Below, piece after piece: positions 32,776-42,829 of a stretch of 64,000 nt of DNA (positions are counted from its first letter, which is position 1; every line of letters begins with the position of its first letter). The DNA lies in contig CAVWLP010000003.1 in the NCBI GenBank assembly GCA_963755915.1, positions 1,461,207-1,525,206 on the forward strand, in the 5' to 3' direction. The DNA comes from an uncultured Phycisphaerales bacterium (lineage in GTDB: Bacteria; Planctomycetota; Phycisphaerae; Tepidisphaerales; Tepidisphaeraceae). Under the pieces are notes generated by a model that was not told where the DNA came from, searched no databases, and saw only the letters and a program-made list of their open reading frames with translations. The translations under genes were made by a program, and so were the position numbers.

Positions 32776-34025
32776 TCATGCGAGACTTTTGGCGTGTTGG
32801 GGTTTGCGGGTGCGGACGGTGGCGGCCATGGCGTCGTCGCAAATGTTCAACGCCTCGTCGATGTCCGCCTCGGTGTGCGAATAGTTCACGAAGCTCACGT
32901 GCCAGGGCACGAAGAACAGGCCGCGTTTGATGCACTCCTCGAAGAACTGCTTGTGGACCGGATGGTCCGAGCGGTTCCCCTCATGGGGATGCCAGGTAAA
33001 CCGCGGCATTGACGCCACCGGGTCGGCGTAGGCCTGGGCTTCCTCCATGCCCCGGTCGTGGCAGATCCGTTTCAGCCCGTCGATCAGCCGCTGGCCCATT
33101 TTGTACAAGTGATGAACAACATTCTTCTCCCTGATTTCCCGAAGCGTCGCGATCGCCGCGGCGATCGCCAACGCCTCCACGAAAAACGTTCCCGACGTCG
33201 GCGTTTCGACCCATCGCTCCATATACTTCGCCTTGCCCACCACCGCCGAGATTGGGTATCCGTTGCCCAGCGCCTTGGAGAGCGTGGTGAGGTCCGGCGT
33301 CACGCCGAGATATTCCTGCGCCCCGCCGGGCGCCACCCGGAAGCCGGTTTTGATCTCGTCGAAAATCACCAGCGCCCCGTGCCGATGCGCCGTCTCGACG
33401 ATGGCCTGATAGTTCTCCGCGGTGAAGGGGCGCGTATCCGCCGGGCAGAGAATGACCGCCGCGAATTCCTGTTTGGTGGTTTCGAAGAGGCGTTTCAGGT
33501 CTTCGGCGCTGCCGTCGAACGGGAGCACGACTTCCCAGGCGGCCTGGTGGGTACCGCCGCGCTCGCCGTTACGCCACAGGTCTGCCCAGCCGTGATAACC
33601 GCAGCGTGCGATGTAGGTACGGTTGGTGATGTGGCGGGCGATCCGCGCCGCCGCCACCGTTGCCTCCGTGCCCGTTTTCAGATAGCGAACGCGCTCGGCG
33701 CTGGGGACCATCTCCACCAGCAGCCTGGCCAGTTCGACCTGGTTGGGGTGGTTCGTCGACGATTGGAACGAATCCCGGATGGTGGCGATCGCCGCCTCAT
33801 CCACGCGTGGATACGCATAGCCCAGGATGATCGGACCGATACTGCACAGCAGGTCCACGAACTCGTTTCCGTCCACATCCCACATCCGGCAACCCCTGGC
33901 CCGCGCAAATAAATGGGGAAGTCGGCATAGAGCGGCGAGCGCGTTCCCATCGTCCCGCCGGCGAAATACTTCTGGGCCTCGCGGTAGATCTCGCTGGAGC
34001 GTTTGAACTGAAAGTTCGGCATCAT
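32776..34025 (-). CDS. Aminotransferase class III (GSA-aminomutase-like); frameshift ~33900
   Basis: WDVDGNEFVD, GTEAT, YHGW, IFDEIKTGFR and TLSKALGNG. The N-terminus lies in ORF 33678-34025. Confidence 0.85.
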
Positions 34026-34031
34026 TACGTC

Positions 34032-34071
34032 ACTTGTCCCGATTTGTACCTATTTGAATCACAATGTACCA
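34032..34071 (-). promoter_or_regulatory. Phased decamer operator array TGGTACATTG|TGATTCAAAT|AGGTACAAAT|CGGGACAAGT
   Basis: Four 10-bp repeats immediately upstream of the aminotransferase start. Same unit pattern as 17835. Confidence 0.75.
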
Positions 34072-34230
34072 ATTCTAAACCATCTCCTCCGCTTCCGCAA
34101 GGGAATTAAGGAGGCGCACCGAATGGGGTAAGTGTCACAGGCGTTTGTTTTTGGCATGCATAATTTGGATGGGGAATCATAAATTGCGTTGCGGCACGCA
34201 TGCTTTTGCCGCCACGAACGGCCGCCCACG

Positions 34231-34983
34231 CTACCGACCTGGGTGCAACACAGCCTCGTCGCGCCACGGCATAATGGATTTCTCCATCGCCTGCGTTTCG
34301 ATCGCCAATCCGGAACAATTGGAAGCTAAAACTTCGAAAATTCTGTTGGCAACGACTCTGTGGCCGAGGTCATTTGAATGCACGCCATCGTGATGCACCA
34401 TCCAGTCGGCGCCACCCATCGCGGATAGCAGATCGACAAACAGACAGTCCAACTTTTCGGCCAATTGGCGAGTTGCGTCGTTGTATTGCCGCGATTGCTC
34501 GTGCGATCCCTTGCCGCCATTCGGACCTCCAACGGTGAAATCGGCGACGTGATACGGTCCGATGAGCACGATCAATGGCTTGAATCGCGATCGAATCCGG
34601 CCCACGATCTTTTCCATCTCCTCGCAAAACATGGAAACTGGAACGGAAAAGCTCGCCTCATTCAAGCCATAGGCAATTAGCATCAGATCGGGCACAATTG
34701 GATTTCCATTAGCCGAATTGGAAAGCACGTGTTCCTCAAGCCGCTCATCGAGCGCCGGCTTTTGACTGAATTTGTAGCCGGGAAATTTGCTCGAAATAAT
34801 GTTGGCGCCGATTCCGACGTTGACCAATTGCACAGGATTTCGCTGCAACTCGCCGATCATTTCGGCCAAAAGGTTCGTCCAACGGCGTTCGCGGCAACTG
34901 GCCCATCCCCCGGCTGTAATGCTGTCGCCAACCGCCATCATCACCTTGAATTCTTTGTTCCACCAATCGCGTTTTTGCGGCAT
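34231..34983 (-). CDS. SGNH/GDSL hydrolase (carbohydrate esterase-like)
   Basis: GDSIT, NVGIG, YGLNE and DGVHSN blocks. Confidence 0.85.
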   Translation of the reverse strand: MPQKRDWWNKEFKVMMAVGDSITAGGWASCRERRWTNLLAEMIGELQRNPVQLVNVGIGANIISSKFPGYKFSQKPALDERLEEHVLSNSANGNPIVPDLMLIAYGLNEASFSVPVSMFCEEMEKIVGRIRSRFKPLIVLIGPYHVADFTVGGPNGGKGSHEQSRQYNDATRQLAEKLDCLFVDLLSAMGGADWMVHHDGVHSNDLGHRVVANRIFEVLASNCSGLAIETQAMEKSIMPWRDEAVLHPGR

Positions 34984-35088
34984 ATCTAATCCTCTTCAGA
35001 CCCCGCGGATCAGCCTACGCTATGCGCCATCGACAGTCGATAGGGATTTTGGGGGATTACAGAGCGAAATTGAAAATCACTAAACCGA

Positions 35089-35640
35089 CTACTCACGAAG
35101 TTCCCGGCTGCCGGTTATTCTAAGGGGCCGCGAGTATTTGTGACTTCGGGAAGTCTCCGAGTCCACCGTCGGAATTGATTCGACCTTCAATGCCGTGAGG
35201 CGCCGCTCCTTTTCGGTCAGGATATGGTGCGCGATCACACTTTCCAGGATTTGAGGGTCGCGAAGGGCCAACACTTCGACGATTTGGCGATGTCCGAATT
35301 CCGTCGCTTCGAATTCGAGGCAAAACGATTTGACAGCATAGTCTACGTTGAAAATGCGCTCGAGCAATTTCCTTCGGCGAAAGATTCGCCTAATCAAGCG
35401 ATTGTCGCTCATTTCAATTATATGTTGATGAAACGCGATGCTGCCAAGATCGACTGCGCGGTTGTCGTGCCGCTGAGCGGCGCGTTCCCGTTGGCCACAC
35501 AATTGACGCAGCTGCTTAAGACTTGCCTTGGTAACGTGCGCGACGCATTTCTCGAAGTGGCGGCTTCCAGGCACGACCAAACATCCCATAGATCTGCGAG
35601 GTCTTTAAGGCCGGGCTTCCGCATCGGACTGTTCGCGTTC
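35089..35640 (-). pseudogene. GntR FCD-domain remnant with no recognisable HTH, frameshifted
   Basis: RKPGLKDLADLWD..LEA in one frame, then LKQLRQLCGQRERAA..AFHQHIIEMSDN..GHRQIV..RDP..HHI in the next. Aligns by eye with the GntR at 63574. Confidence 0.65.
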
Positions 35641-35939
35641 ACTGCGAAACCATCAGAGATCATCAATATGTTCGCTGCCATACCAAGGCGCTCCCGACGC
35701 GTGGTTCAACCGGAGCAGGGTTGGCAAGCACAAAGTGCCCGTATTTACTAGTTTGGACAACATAGCGTAATGGTTTGATGTTGTCAATATTAGACTTTCA
35801 CGCGAAACGGCGCGCTGTGCGTCGGCGTCAATTTCGTGAATTGGTGCGGAAGTTCTCGCGATATTTCGTAAAAGCAGCGGCACCGATGGCCGTGAGAAAT
35901 AGACATGTATGAATCGCCTGATCATTTCCGAACCTGATA

Positions 35940-35959
35940 TGGTTCAAAGTGATACACAC
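35940..35959 (+). promoter_or_regulatory. Decamer pair TGGTTCAAAG|TGATACACAC
   Basis: Close match to the sites at 17835 and 62670. Confidence 0.6.
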
Positions 35960-36054
35960 TCAGGGATTCCAAGATATTTAATGCCTTTCACTATCCCGAC
36001 AGGCGCGAAAGCGGCCGGTTATCGCCGCGGGAATGCGCGCCTCCAGCATGCGAT

Positions 36055-36960
36055 TCAGAGGCCTTTCGATCTCGAGACGCCGGGCCAATGCTTTTTGATT
36101 TTATCGCGCAAAAACTCGGCGCTTCGCCGCAATTGTGGCAAGCCATCCATGCCATCTTCGATGCTGATCCAACCGTCGAACCCAACACTCGAAAGCTGAA
36201 CGAAAATCGCGTCGTAATCGTTCAACCCTTTGCCGATTTCACCATGTTCGAGAAGTTGCGCGTAACCGAGCGCGTTTTCCTTTGAGCGCAACTCGGCAAG
36301 CGTTCCGCGCGCCAGATAGCGATCGCTCGCGTGCATGGTCACGACACGTCGCTTTATGCGTTCGAGCAGGATCAGCGGATCTTCGCCGGCAAGCAGCGTG
36401 TTACTCGGATCGAAATTTACGCCGAAGGCGGGCGAATCGATTCGATCAACCAGTTCGCAGAACACGTCCATATGCTGAGCAAACTCAGGAAACTGCCAAT
36501 AGTTATCTTTGTAGTGATTCTCGAGATTGAGAATGATCCCCCGCTCCGCAGCGTAGGGCAGGCAGGCTTGAATGCATTCAACGGCGTATTGGATTCCGTC
36601 CTCTCGAGTCAACTCGGGCCGGCGCTGTCCCGCAAGAACCCTGCAAAATGCCGCGCCCAGCGAAACAGCCATGTCTATTCGCCGTTTCTGCGCCTCGATC
36701 TCGCGTTTGCGAAACACTGGATCTGGATGCGTAAAATCAGGCGAACAACAAAGCATGGGGATTTGCAGCCCGTGGTCTTGCGCGGTTCTGCGCGACTCAT
36801 CCCATTGACGCGGACGCTGAAGGCCCAGAAATCCGGCATAAAATTCAAGGCCATCGACGCCGAGGGTCGCGGCCATTTCAATCCATTGCCGAAGGGACAT
36901 GTCTCCGTGGACACACAGGTTGTCCATGAAACATTTTGGAAAGGCCGCTAGGTTCGGCAT
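36055..36960 (-). CDS. Sugar phosphate isomerase/epimerase (IolE/MocC-like TIM barrel)
   Basis: LENHYKD, NFDPSN, MHASDR and FDGWISIEDG. GAGG ribosome-binding site before MPNLAAFPKC. Confidence 0.8.
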   Translation of the reverse strand: MPNLAAFPKCFMDNLCVHGDMSLRQWIEMAATLGVDGLEFYAGFLGLQRPRQWDESRRTAQDHGLQIPMLCCSPDFTHPDPVFRKREIEAQKRRIDMAVSLGAAFCRVLAGQRRPELTREDGIQYAVECIQACLPYAAERGIILNLENHYKDNYWQFPEFAQHMDVFCELVDRIDSPAFGVNFDPSNTLLAGEDPLILLERIKRRVVTMHASDRYLARGTLAELRSKENALGYAQLLEHGEIGKGLNDYDAIFVQLSSVGFDGWISIEDGMDGLPQLRRSAEFLRDKIKKHWPGVSRSKGL

Positions 36961-36964
36961 CGTC

Positions 36965-38326
36965 TCACCTCGCCGCGAGCTCATCGCGGAGACAACGGAC
37001 AAAGACATCCAGCATCTCATCCGCCTGCGCCACCGTCATGATGAGAGGCGGCGCGAAGGCAATCCAATTGGGATCGCAGCGCAGCAGCAGCCCGGCGTCG
37101 CGCATCCGCTCCTCCAACCGCTTTCCGAATCGGCGTGCCGCGGGGAATGATGCTTTCGTTTTCATGTCTTGAACGAATTCGACGCATGACAAGGCACCAA
37201 CTCCGCGTACTTCTCCGAGCACTCCAAGTCTTTCCACTTCAACCCGCAGTCTGCGACGAATATGGTCCCCAACCTTCGTCCCCTGGGAGATCAAGCCGCC
37301 TCGCTCTATCACATCGATGACAGCATGTCCCGCAGCCGCGGAAATTGGATTTGCGCCGAAGGTGTGGCCATGTGAAAACCCCGGATTTTCGCTTTCATCA
37401 CCCCAGAACGCTTCATTGTAGAGGTCATCGCGGACAACCATCGCTGAAACTGGAGCGTAACCGCTAGCCATTCCTTTCCCGCAGCACAGGATGTCCGGCG
37501 TAACGCCGAATGTCTGAGCCGCAAACCACTCTCCGGTGCGGCCCATACCGGTGATGATTTCGTCAAAAATTAAAATCACGTTATGCGCGGAACAAATCTC
37601 TCGAACCTGCCGAAGATATTTCGAAGGCGGCACGATGATGCCGCCCGTGTTGCTGATCGGCTCAACGATAAATGCAGAAACCGTGTCCGGACCTTCCGCG
37701 CGAATTGCGTAGTCGAGAATTGACGCGCTAATTTCCGCATAAGTTGCGCCATCGATTGGGTACGGCGGCTTGAAACAGTTAGGCGGCGGGACTTGCAGAA
37801 AGCCGCTCAAGAAGGGAGCGAAAGGTTGTTTTCTCGGCCATCCCAGGCCCGTCGCGGACAGTGCGCCCATGGTTGAACCGTGAAAGCCGGTATAGTTCCC
37901 GATAACCTTATATTTGCTGGGATTCCCGCTGTTTACATGATACTGACGGGCAAATTTGATAGCGGATTCCGTTGCTTCTGATCCACCGGTCAGGAGTTTT
38001 ACCGTTCCCAGTCCGCGGGGCATGATTCGCGCGAGCTTCGCGGCGTATCGAATCGCTGTGTCGGTGACGGAGTGCAATGGGCCGGCGAACGAAATCTTCT
38101 CTTGTTGACGCCGAATTGCCGCGATAACTTCAGGGTTACCGTGACCGATGTTGGTTACATAGATGCCGGAAACCCCTTCGATATAGCGTTTTCCTTCGGT
38201 GTCGTAGCTGTAAATTCCTTCACCGCGAGTGATAACAAGCGGGCGCTCGCAGAAATTCTTCATCTGGCGAAGGTCGAGCATCAAATGCCGGAGGTCATCT
38301 TGAAGTGTTTCCTGATCGCTAAGCAT
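36965..38326 (-). CDS. Aminotransferase class III (omega-amino acid/BioA-like)
   Basis: GGSEA, FHGST, IVEPI, IFDEIITGMGRTG, CGKGMASG and HGHTF. Confidence 0.9.
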   Translation of the reverse strand: MLSDQETLQDDLRHLMLDLRQMKNFCERPLVITRGEGIYSYDTEGKRYIEGVSGIYVTNIGHGNPEVIAAIRRQQEKISFAGPLHSVTDTAIRYAAKLARIMPRGLGTVKLLTGGSEATESAIKFARQYHVNSGNPSKYKVIGNYTGFHGSTMGALSATGLGWPRKQPFAPFLSGFLQVPPPNCFKPPYPIDGATYAEISASILDYAIRAEGPDTVSAFIVEPISNTGGIIVPPSKYLRQVREICSAHNVILIFDEIITGMGRTGEWFAAQTFGVTPDILCCGKGMASGYAPVSAMVVRDDLYNEAFWGDESENPGFSHGHTFGANPISAAAGHAVIDVIERGGLISQGTKVGDHIRRRLRVEVERLGVLGEVRGVGALSCVEFVQDMKTKASFPAARRFGKRLEERMRDAGLLLRCDPNWIAFAPPLIMTVAQADEMLDVFVRCLRDELAAR

Positions 38327-39322
38327 ATGCCGCTCCTTTAAGGTCCGTGCAATGCCTCAACACGTCGCGATTGACGACATTGATTGGGACAATTCCATTC
38401 AGATACAAAAGGATGTCGTCCACTACACAATTGAGCACCTTCGCAAAAGTGCCTCGCGTATCGCTGCCGATGTGAGGGGTTATTATTACGTTCTTCAACT
38501 TCAAGAGCGGATGATCGGCCGGCGGGGGTTCGCGTTCCATGACATCAAGCGCCGCGCCACGAAGCTTTCCGCTGCTCAAGGCGGTCACAAGGCGCCTTCG
38601 TCAATCAAAGCCCCGCGCGAGGTGTTGATAAGATAAGCCCCGTGCTTCATTCGCCTGAATTCTTCCGTACCCACGATTCCGCGATTCTGATCGTTTAGTC
38701 GGATGTGAATCGACAAAATATCTGAGCGCGCCAGCAACTCGTCCCGGCTGACCAATTGCACGCCGTAATTTTGCATCGCGGATTTGTCGGCATGAAGTGA
38801 AAAGCCCAGAACCTTCATGTTGAAGGCTGCGGCCCGCCGAGCCACAGCTTGCGCCACGTGGCCAAATCCATATAGACCCAGAATGTTTTCCGAAATATCT
38901 GTACGGACATACCGGGCGCGATCAGCCCATAGCCCATCGTGGACGCTGATATCGGCAGTCACAATTCCGCGCAGCAATGCGAGCATCAGCCCGAACGCAA
39001 AATCGGCACACGCTTCGTGAACAACCGGGGCGTTGGTAACGATCACGCGATGCTTGGTGGCGGCGCCGAGATCGATGTGATCCGTGCCCGTGCCGTCGCA
39101 GCAGACCAAGCGCAACTTGGGCAACGCGGTAAACGTGGCGTCGTCGAAACATTCGCCGGAGACGATTGCAATCGCGCTGCCCTGAAGCGCTTTTTGCAAT
39201 GTTTGCTGGCTAAACGGTTCAATTCTCACACGGCGAACTGTCGCGCTTTCGGACAATCGCGATAGGGGCTCATCGATTACGGCGGGGTCATAATAACTTA
39301 TGACCGCAACATCTGGCTTCAT
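38319..39322 (-). CDS. D-isomer-specific 2-hydroxyacid dehydrogenase; frameshift ~38590
   Basis: GTDHID, GLYGFGHVA and INTSRG in one frame; LDVMEREP and TPHIG in the next. Confidence 0.85.
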
Positions 39323-39330
39323 AGTCGCCT

Positions 39331-40167
39331 TTATGCCAGGCCAAGCAGTTTCAGCGAGTCTCGGTTGATAAGTTCCTCGATGCGACCCGCATCGATTCTT
39401 GCCATGCCTGTGCCCTCAACGAGCATGTTCAGACTCCGCAGGGTTTCCTGAACTTCCGCGGCCGTTCGAAACGGAAAGTCGGTTCCGAACAGGAGCTTGT
39501 CCATTACCGCGAATTCTTGGAACAATGAAAGCGCTTGATACAGCCATGTGCGGTGCAACCCCGGCGATATATCCGCGAAAACGTTCTTATGCTTGCGCAC
39601 CATCACCATCGCATCCGTAAACCAGGGCAAACCAATGTGCGCGAGTATGATCTTGAGATTGGGGAATTCGCGGGCGACGCCGTCGTAGGCCAGAGGATTG
39701 GCCCATTCCATTCGAGTCGTGGGAATCGAATGAAACGCCGCATGCGTGAGAATCGGTAAACCCAGTTTTTCGGCGCGAGCGTGCACTTTTCGCGCTTTCT
39801 CATCACAGGGATGATAGTCCTGGTACACGGGGCTCATCTTAATTCCGCGCAGGCCCAGGGCGTGGGCCCTGTTCAGTTCCTCGATCGCGTCTTTTTGATT
39901 TGGGTCGATCGACATGAATCCAATGATTTTTCCGGGATGCGCTCTGGCGTAGGCGGCGATTGCGTCGTTGGGCGTGCTCATTTTTAGCGCGAGCGAGTTG
40001 ATTCCAAAGACAATCGCCCTATCGACCCCCTCCATGCCGCGCCAATGTCTCTCCGGCGTCACATGCAGATCGATACCGAATTTTGCGTTGGTCCTTCCGA
40101 ATGCTTCGAGAAAGATCGGTCCCCATTGCTCGATGGTAGACAGGTGGGTGTGTACATCCACGATCAT
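39331..40167 (-). CDS. Amidohydrolase family protein (Amidohydro_2)
   Basis: IVDVHTH, GIKMSP, ILAHIG and LLFGTDFP. Confidence 0.85.
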   Translation of the reverse strand: MIVDVHTHLSTIEQWGPIFLEAFGRTNAKFGIDLHVTPERHWRGMEGVDRAIVFGINSLALKMSTPNDAIAAYARAHPGKIIGFMSIDPNQKDAIEELNRAHALGLRGIKMSPVYQDYHPCDEKARKVHARAEKLGLPILTHAAFHSIPTTRMEWANPLAYDGVAREFPNLKIILAHIGLPWFTDAMVMVRKHKNVFADISPGLHRTWLYQALSLFQEFAVMDKLLFGTDFPFRTAAEVQETLRSLNMLVEGTGMARIDAGRIEELINRDSLKLLGLA

Positions 40168-40385
40168 GGTTACCTCAACCAACGGTAGCTGACATCGCGG
40201 GCGACAAGATACGCTAATGGTCCATTCTTGTCAATGATTCAGTCACCCGGACTCATTCGGAAGCGATGCATCGGTTCCAACTGCATTTTATGGCTAAAAA
40301 TAGGCAAATTCGGTTTAATTGTCGATTGATCCATGAAATCGTGGGAAGAAAGCAGTTCGTAATGCAAAGGGGAATTAAGACCGAT

Positions 40386-40405
40386 TGGTATACACTGGTT
40401 AATTA
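40386..40405 (+). promoter_or_regulatory. Decamer pair TGGTATACAC|TGGTTAATTA
   Basis: Intergenic. The units nearly match those at 927 and 4273. Confidence 0.6.
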
Positions 40406-40432
40406 AAAGTTTTAGGGCGTCCTCAATGATCT

Positions 40433-41533
40433 CTATATCATGCTTCGAGGAAATCGCACCAGGTTTTGTACACCGGTTGGAGTGACAAGATACTGATCTT
40501 CGATACGGATGCCGCCCCCCAGATCATCTCCGTAAACGCCTGGTTCGACTGCGACCACTTCTCCCGGCATGAGCACGTCGTCCCACTTCGGATTTAGATG
40601 CGGAAATTCATGAGCCTGAAGTCCCACGCCATGCCCTAGATGGTGGGGAAGCGGTCTTCCCAAGCTCTTGGACAAATGGTCGTTCACTGCGGCGAATAAG
40701 TCGCAACACCGGGCGCCGGGCTTCGCCAAACGCTCGAAAATATCGAAGCAGGACAGAATGGATTGATAGGCTCGCTCCTGAGCTTGTGTGGGCTTGCCAT
40801 CGACCGCAAAACTTCGCGAATTGTCAGCAAAATAACCGCGATACGATGGACCGAGATCGAGGATGTAAACCTGACCAGCCTGGGCAGTGCGGCCCGCGCG
40901 GGGCGGTCCACCATTCGCGTCGCATGCAAAATCATTTCCGAGCAGATCCGTCAGCGGCTCATTTGCCTTTTCAACCGCCGCACGCTGGAGTTCGACGAAT
41001 ACCGCCACCTCCTCGATCCCTGGTTCGATGATTTCCCGCGCACGTTTATACATAGCATCCGTAAGCTCGATTGCGGCCTTCATAATCGCCAATTCGTCAG
41101 CGTCCTTGCAGCGGCGCATTTGCCAGATTTCCTCATCGATGAGGTCCGCGTTTTCTCCAAATCGTCTGGCTAAGTGCAAAGAAACAGGCGACGTGTCGAG
41201 GCCAAGCCGGCGAGTTTTGCGCGGAGCGAGCCAAGACAGTACGCTTTCCGCGACGGCCATCGGCTGTTCCTGGCGGAGCGTCGCCATCCACTGTGCCTCG
41301 TACGCGACGCTTCCGTCGATGGCCATAGTCTTGGCTGGTTCATTGGGCGAGATCAGGCAGGAACGGCCGTCGGCAGTTAGAGCAACGGCGGCGTAATGGA
41401 GCGAGTGTGGATAGAAGGTTGAGAAATAATAGACATGCCGGGGCAGTCCGACGACAAGCGCGTCTAGCTTGCGCTTTTCCATAACTGCCAGAAGACGCTC
41501 TTGCCGTGCGCGCGACAAACGTGGATCAAGCAT
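40433..41533 (-). CDS. M24 Xaa-Pro peptidase family protein
   Basis: LDLG..YFAD..R, HHLGHGVGL, EPGVY and GIRIED. Confidence 0.9.
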   Translation of the reverse strand: MLDPRLSRARQERLLAVMEKRKLDALVVGLPRHVYYFSTFYPHSLHYAAVALTADGRSCLISPNEPAKTMAIDGSVAYEAQWMATLRQEQPMAVAESVLSWLAPRKTRRLGLDTSPVSLHLARRFGENADLIDEEIWQMRRCKDADELAIMKAAIELTDAMYKRAREIIEPGIEEVAVFVELQRAAVEKANEPLTDLLGNDFACDANGGPPRAGRTAQAGQVYILDLGPSYRGYFADNSRSFAVDGKPTQAQERAYQSILSCFDIFERLAKPGARCCDLFAAVNDHLSKSLGRPLPHHLGHGVGLQAHEFPHLNPKWDDVLMPGEVVAVEPGVYGDDLGGGIRIEDQYLVTPTGVQNLVRFPRSMI

Positions 41534-41562
41534 TGCGGCTCCAAATATCAGGGCTGACACAT

Positions 41563-41593
41563 TGGTATCGGATGGTCCATTTATGGTATCACA
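41563..41593 (+). promoter_or_regulatory. Phased array TGGTATCGGA|TGGTCCATTTA|TGGTATCAC
   Basis: Divergent promoter region between the M24 gene and the DSD1-type gene. Confidence 0.65.
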
Positions 41594-41674
41594 GCGTTTT
41601 AGACTGGCGAGCGCGTTTTGGCAAACGTGGTATCCGCTTCGATCGGAAACATTTGTTGGAAATCGAAACCGGCG

Positions 41675-42772
41675 ATGAACTTTCCTGCTGAAAGCTTCCA
41701 AACGCCCGCGATTGTCATCGACGAAGCCATTGTCGATCGCAATCTATCGCGGATGGCGGCGTACCTCGCGCAGCATAATATCGCTCTGCGCCCGCATACA
41801 AAAACGCATAAGTCGATCGAGATGGCGCGGCGCCAAATGGCGTGCGGCGCGATTGGACTTACCGTCGCGAAGGTCGGCGAGGCCGAAGGAATGGCCGAAG
41901 CGTGTGAAGAAATTCTGATGGCCTATCCGGCTGTGGATCGAGCGCGATGCGCTCGGCTGGCGGCGCTGGCAACAAAAAAAAGAATTCTGGTCGCCGTCGA
42001 TTCGGAATTCGCGCTGGCCGCACTTTCCGAATCCGCGCTGGCCGCCGGATCGATCATCGGCGTTCTTGTAGACTTAGACGTCGGAATGCATCGCACGGGC
42101 GTGCAGACTCCGCATGCGGCGCGCGAGCTCGCCCGGCAGGTCAGCCGCACGTCGTCGCTACGGCTCGGGGGTTTGTTCTTTTATCCGGGCCATGTTTGGA
42201 GCCCGGTGCATCAACAAGCCGAATCGCTACTGCAAATTGCCGCTCGACTGGAAGAAACGCTTTCGCTTTGGTCGCGCGATGGACTGGCCGCCCGGATCGT
42301 GTCCGGAGGCTCCACGCCGACGGCATATCAATCGCGTTTGATTTCTCAACTGACCGAAATCCGCCCCGGGACTTACATTTACAACGACATGAACACGGTT
42401 TCCGCGGGCTTTTGCGGCCTGGATGATTGCGCCGCGAGCATCATTTGCACGGTCGTCAGTTCCGCGGTTCCGGGAAAAGTCGTTGTGGACGCGGGGACAA
42501 AAACCTTGACCAGCGATCGCAACGCGACCAAACCCGAGACCGGGCATGGGTACGTTATGGAATATCCGGGTGCGAAGATAGCTCGGCTAACCGAAGAGCA
42601 TGGGGAAATTGACGTTAGCGCGTGCGAGCGAGTTCCAGCAATCGGCGAACGAATTCATATTATTCCCAATCACATTTGTCCCTGTGTGAACCTGCAGGAT
42701 TATGCGTGGCTTCGCGCTCCAGGCGGGGAACTAACCAGGCTCAAGATCGACACGCGAGGAAAAGTTTCGTAG
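41675..42772 (+). CDS. DSD1/D-threonine aldolase-like fold-type III PLP enzyme
   Basis: RPHTKTHK, HRTGV, SGGSTPT, EIRPGTY, EEHG and PNHICPCVN. Confidence 0.9.
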   Translation: MNFPAESFQTPAIVIDEAIVDRNLSRMAAYLAQHNIALRPHTKTHKSIEMARRQMACGAIGLTVAKVGEAEGMAEACEEILMAYPAVDRARCARLAALATKKRILVAVDSEFALAALSESALAAGSIIGVLVDLDVGMHRTGVQTPHAARELARQVSRTSSLRLGGLFFYPGHVWSPVHQQAESLLQIAARLEETLSLWSRDGLAARIVSGGSTPTAYQSRLISQLTEIRPGTYIYNDMNTVSAGFCGLDDCAASIICTVVSSAVPGKVVVDAGTKTLTSDRNATKPETGHGYVMEYPGAKIARLTEEHGEIDVSACERVPAIGERIHIIPNHICPCVNLQDYAWLRAPGGELTRLKIDTRGKVS

Positions 42773-42829
42773 ATATCCGCCGGGAAATGTCATCCCCCCC
42801 TTATTTCAACATATGCCGGGAGAATTCAA

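Noticed and set aside
32776-34025. hemL assignment
   Set aside because: The fold is GSA-aminomutase-like, but the sequence is divergent and sits in a sugar operon without heme genes.
35224-35751. 175-aa plus-strand ORF
   Set aside because: It is antisense to the FCD remnant and has no recognisable motifs.
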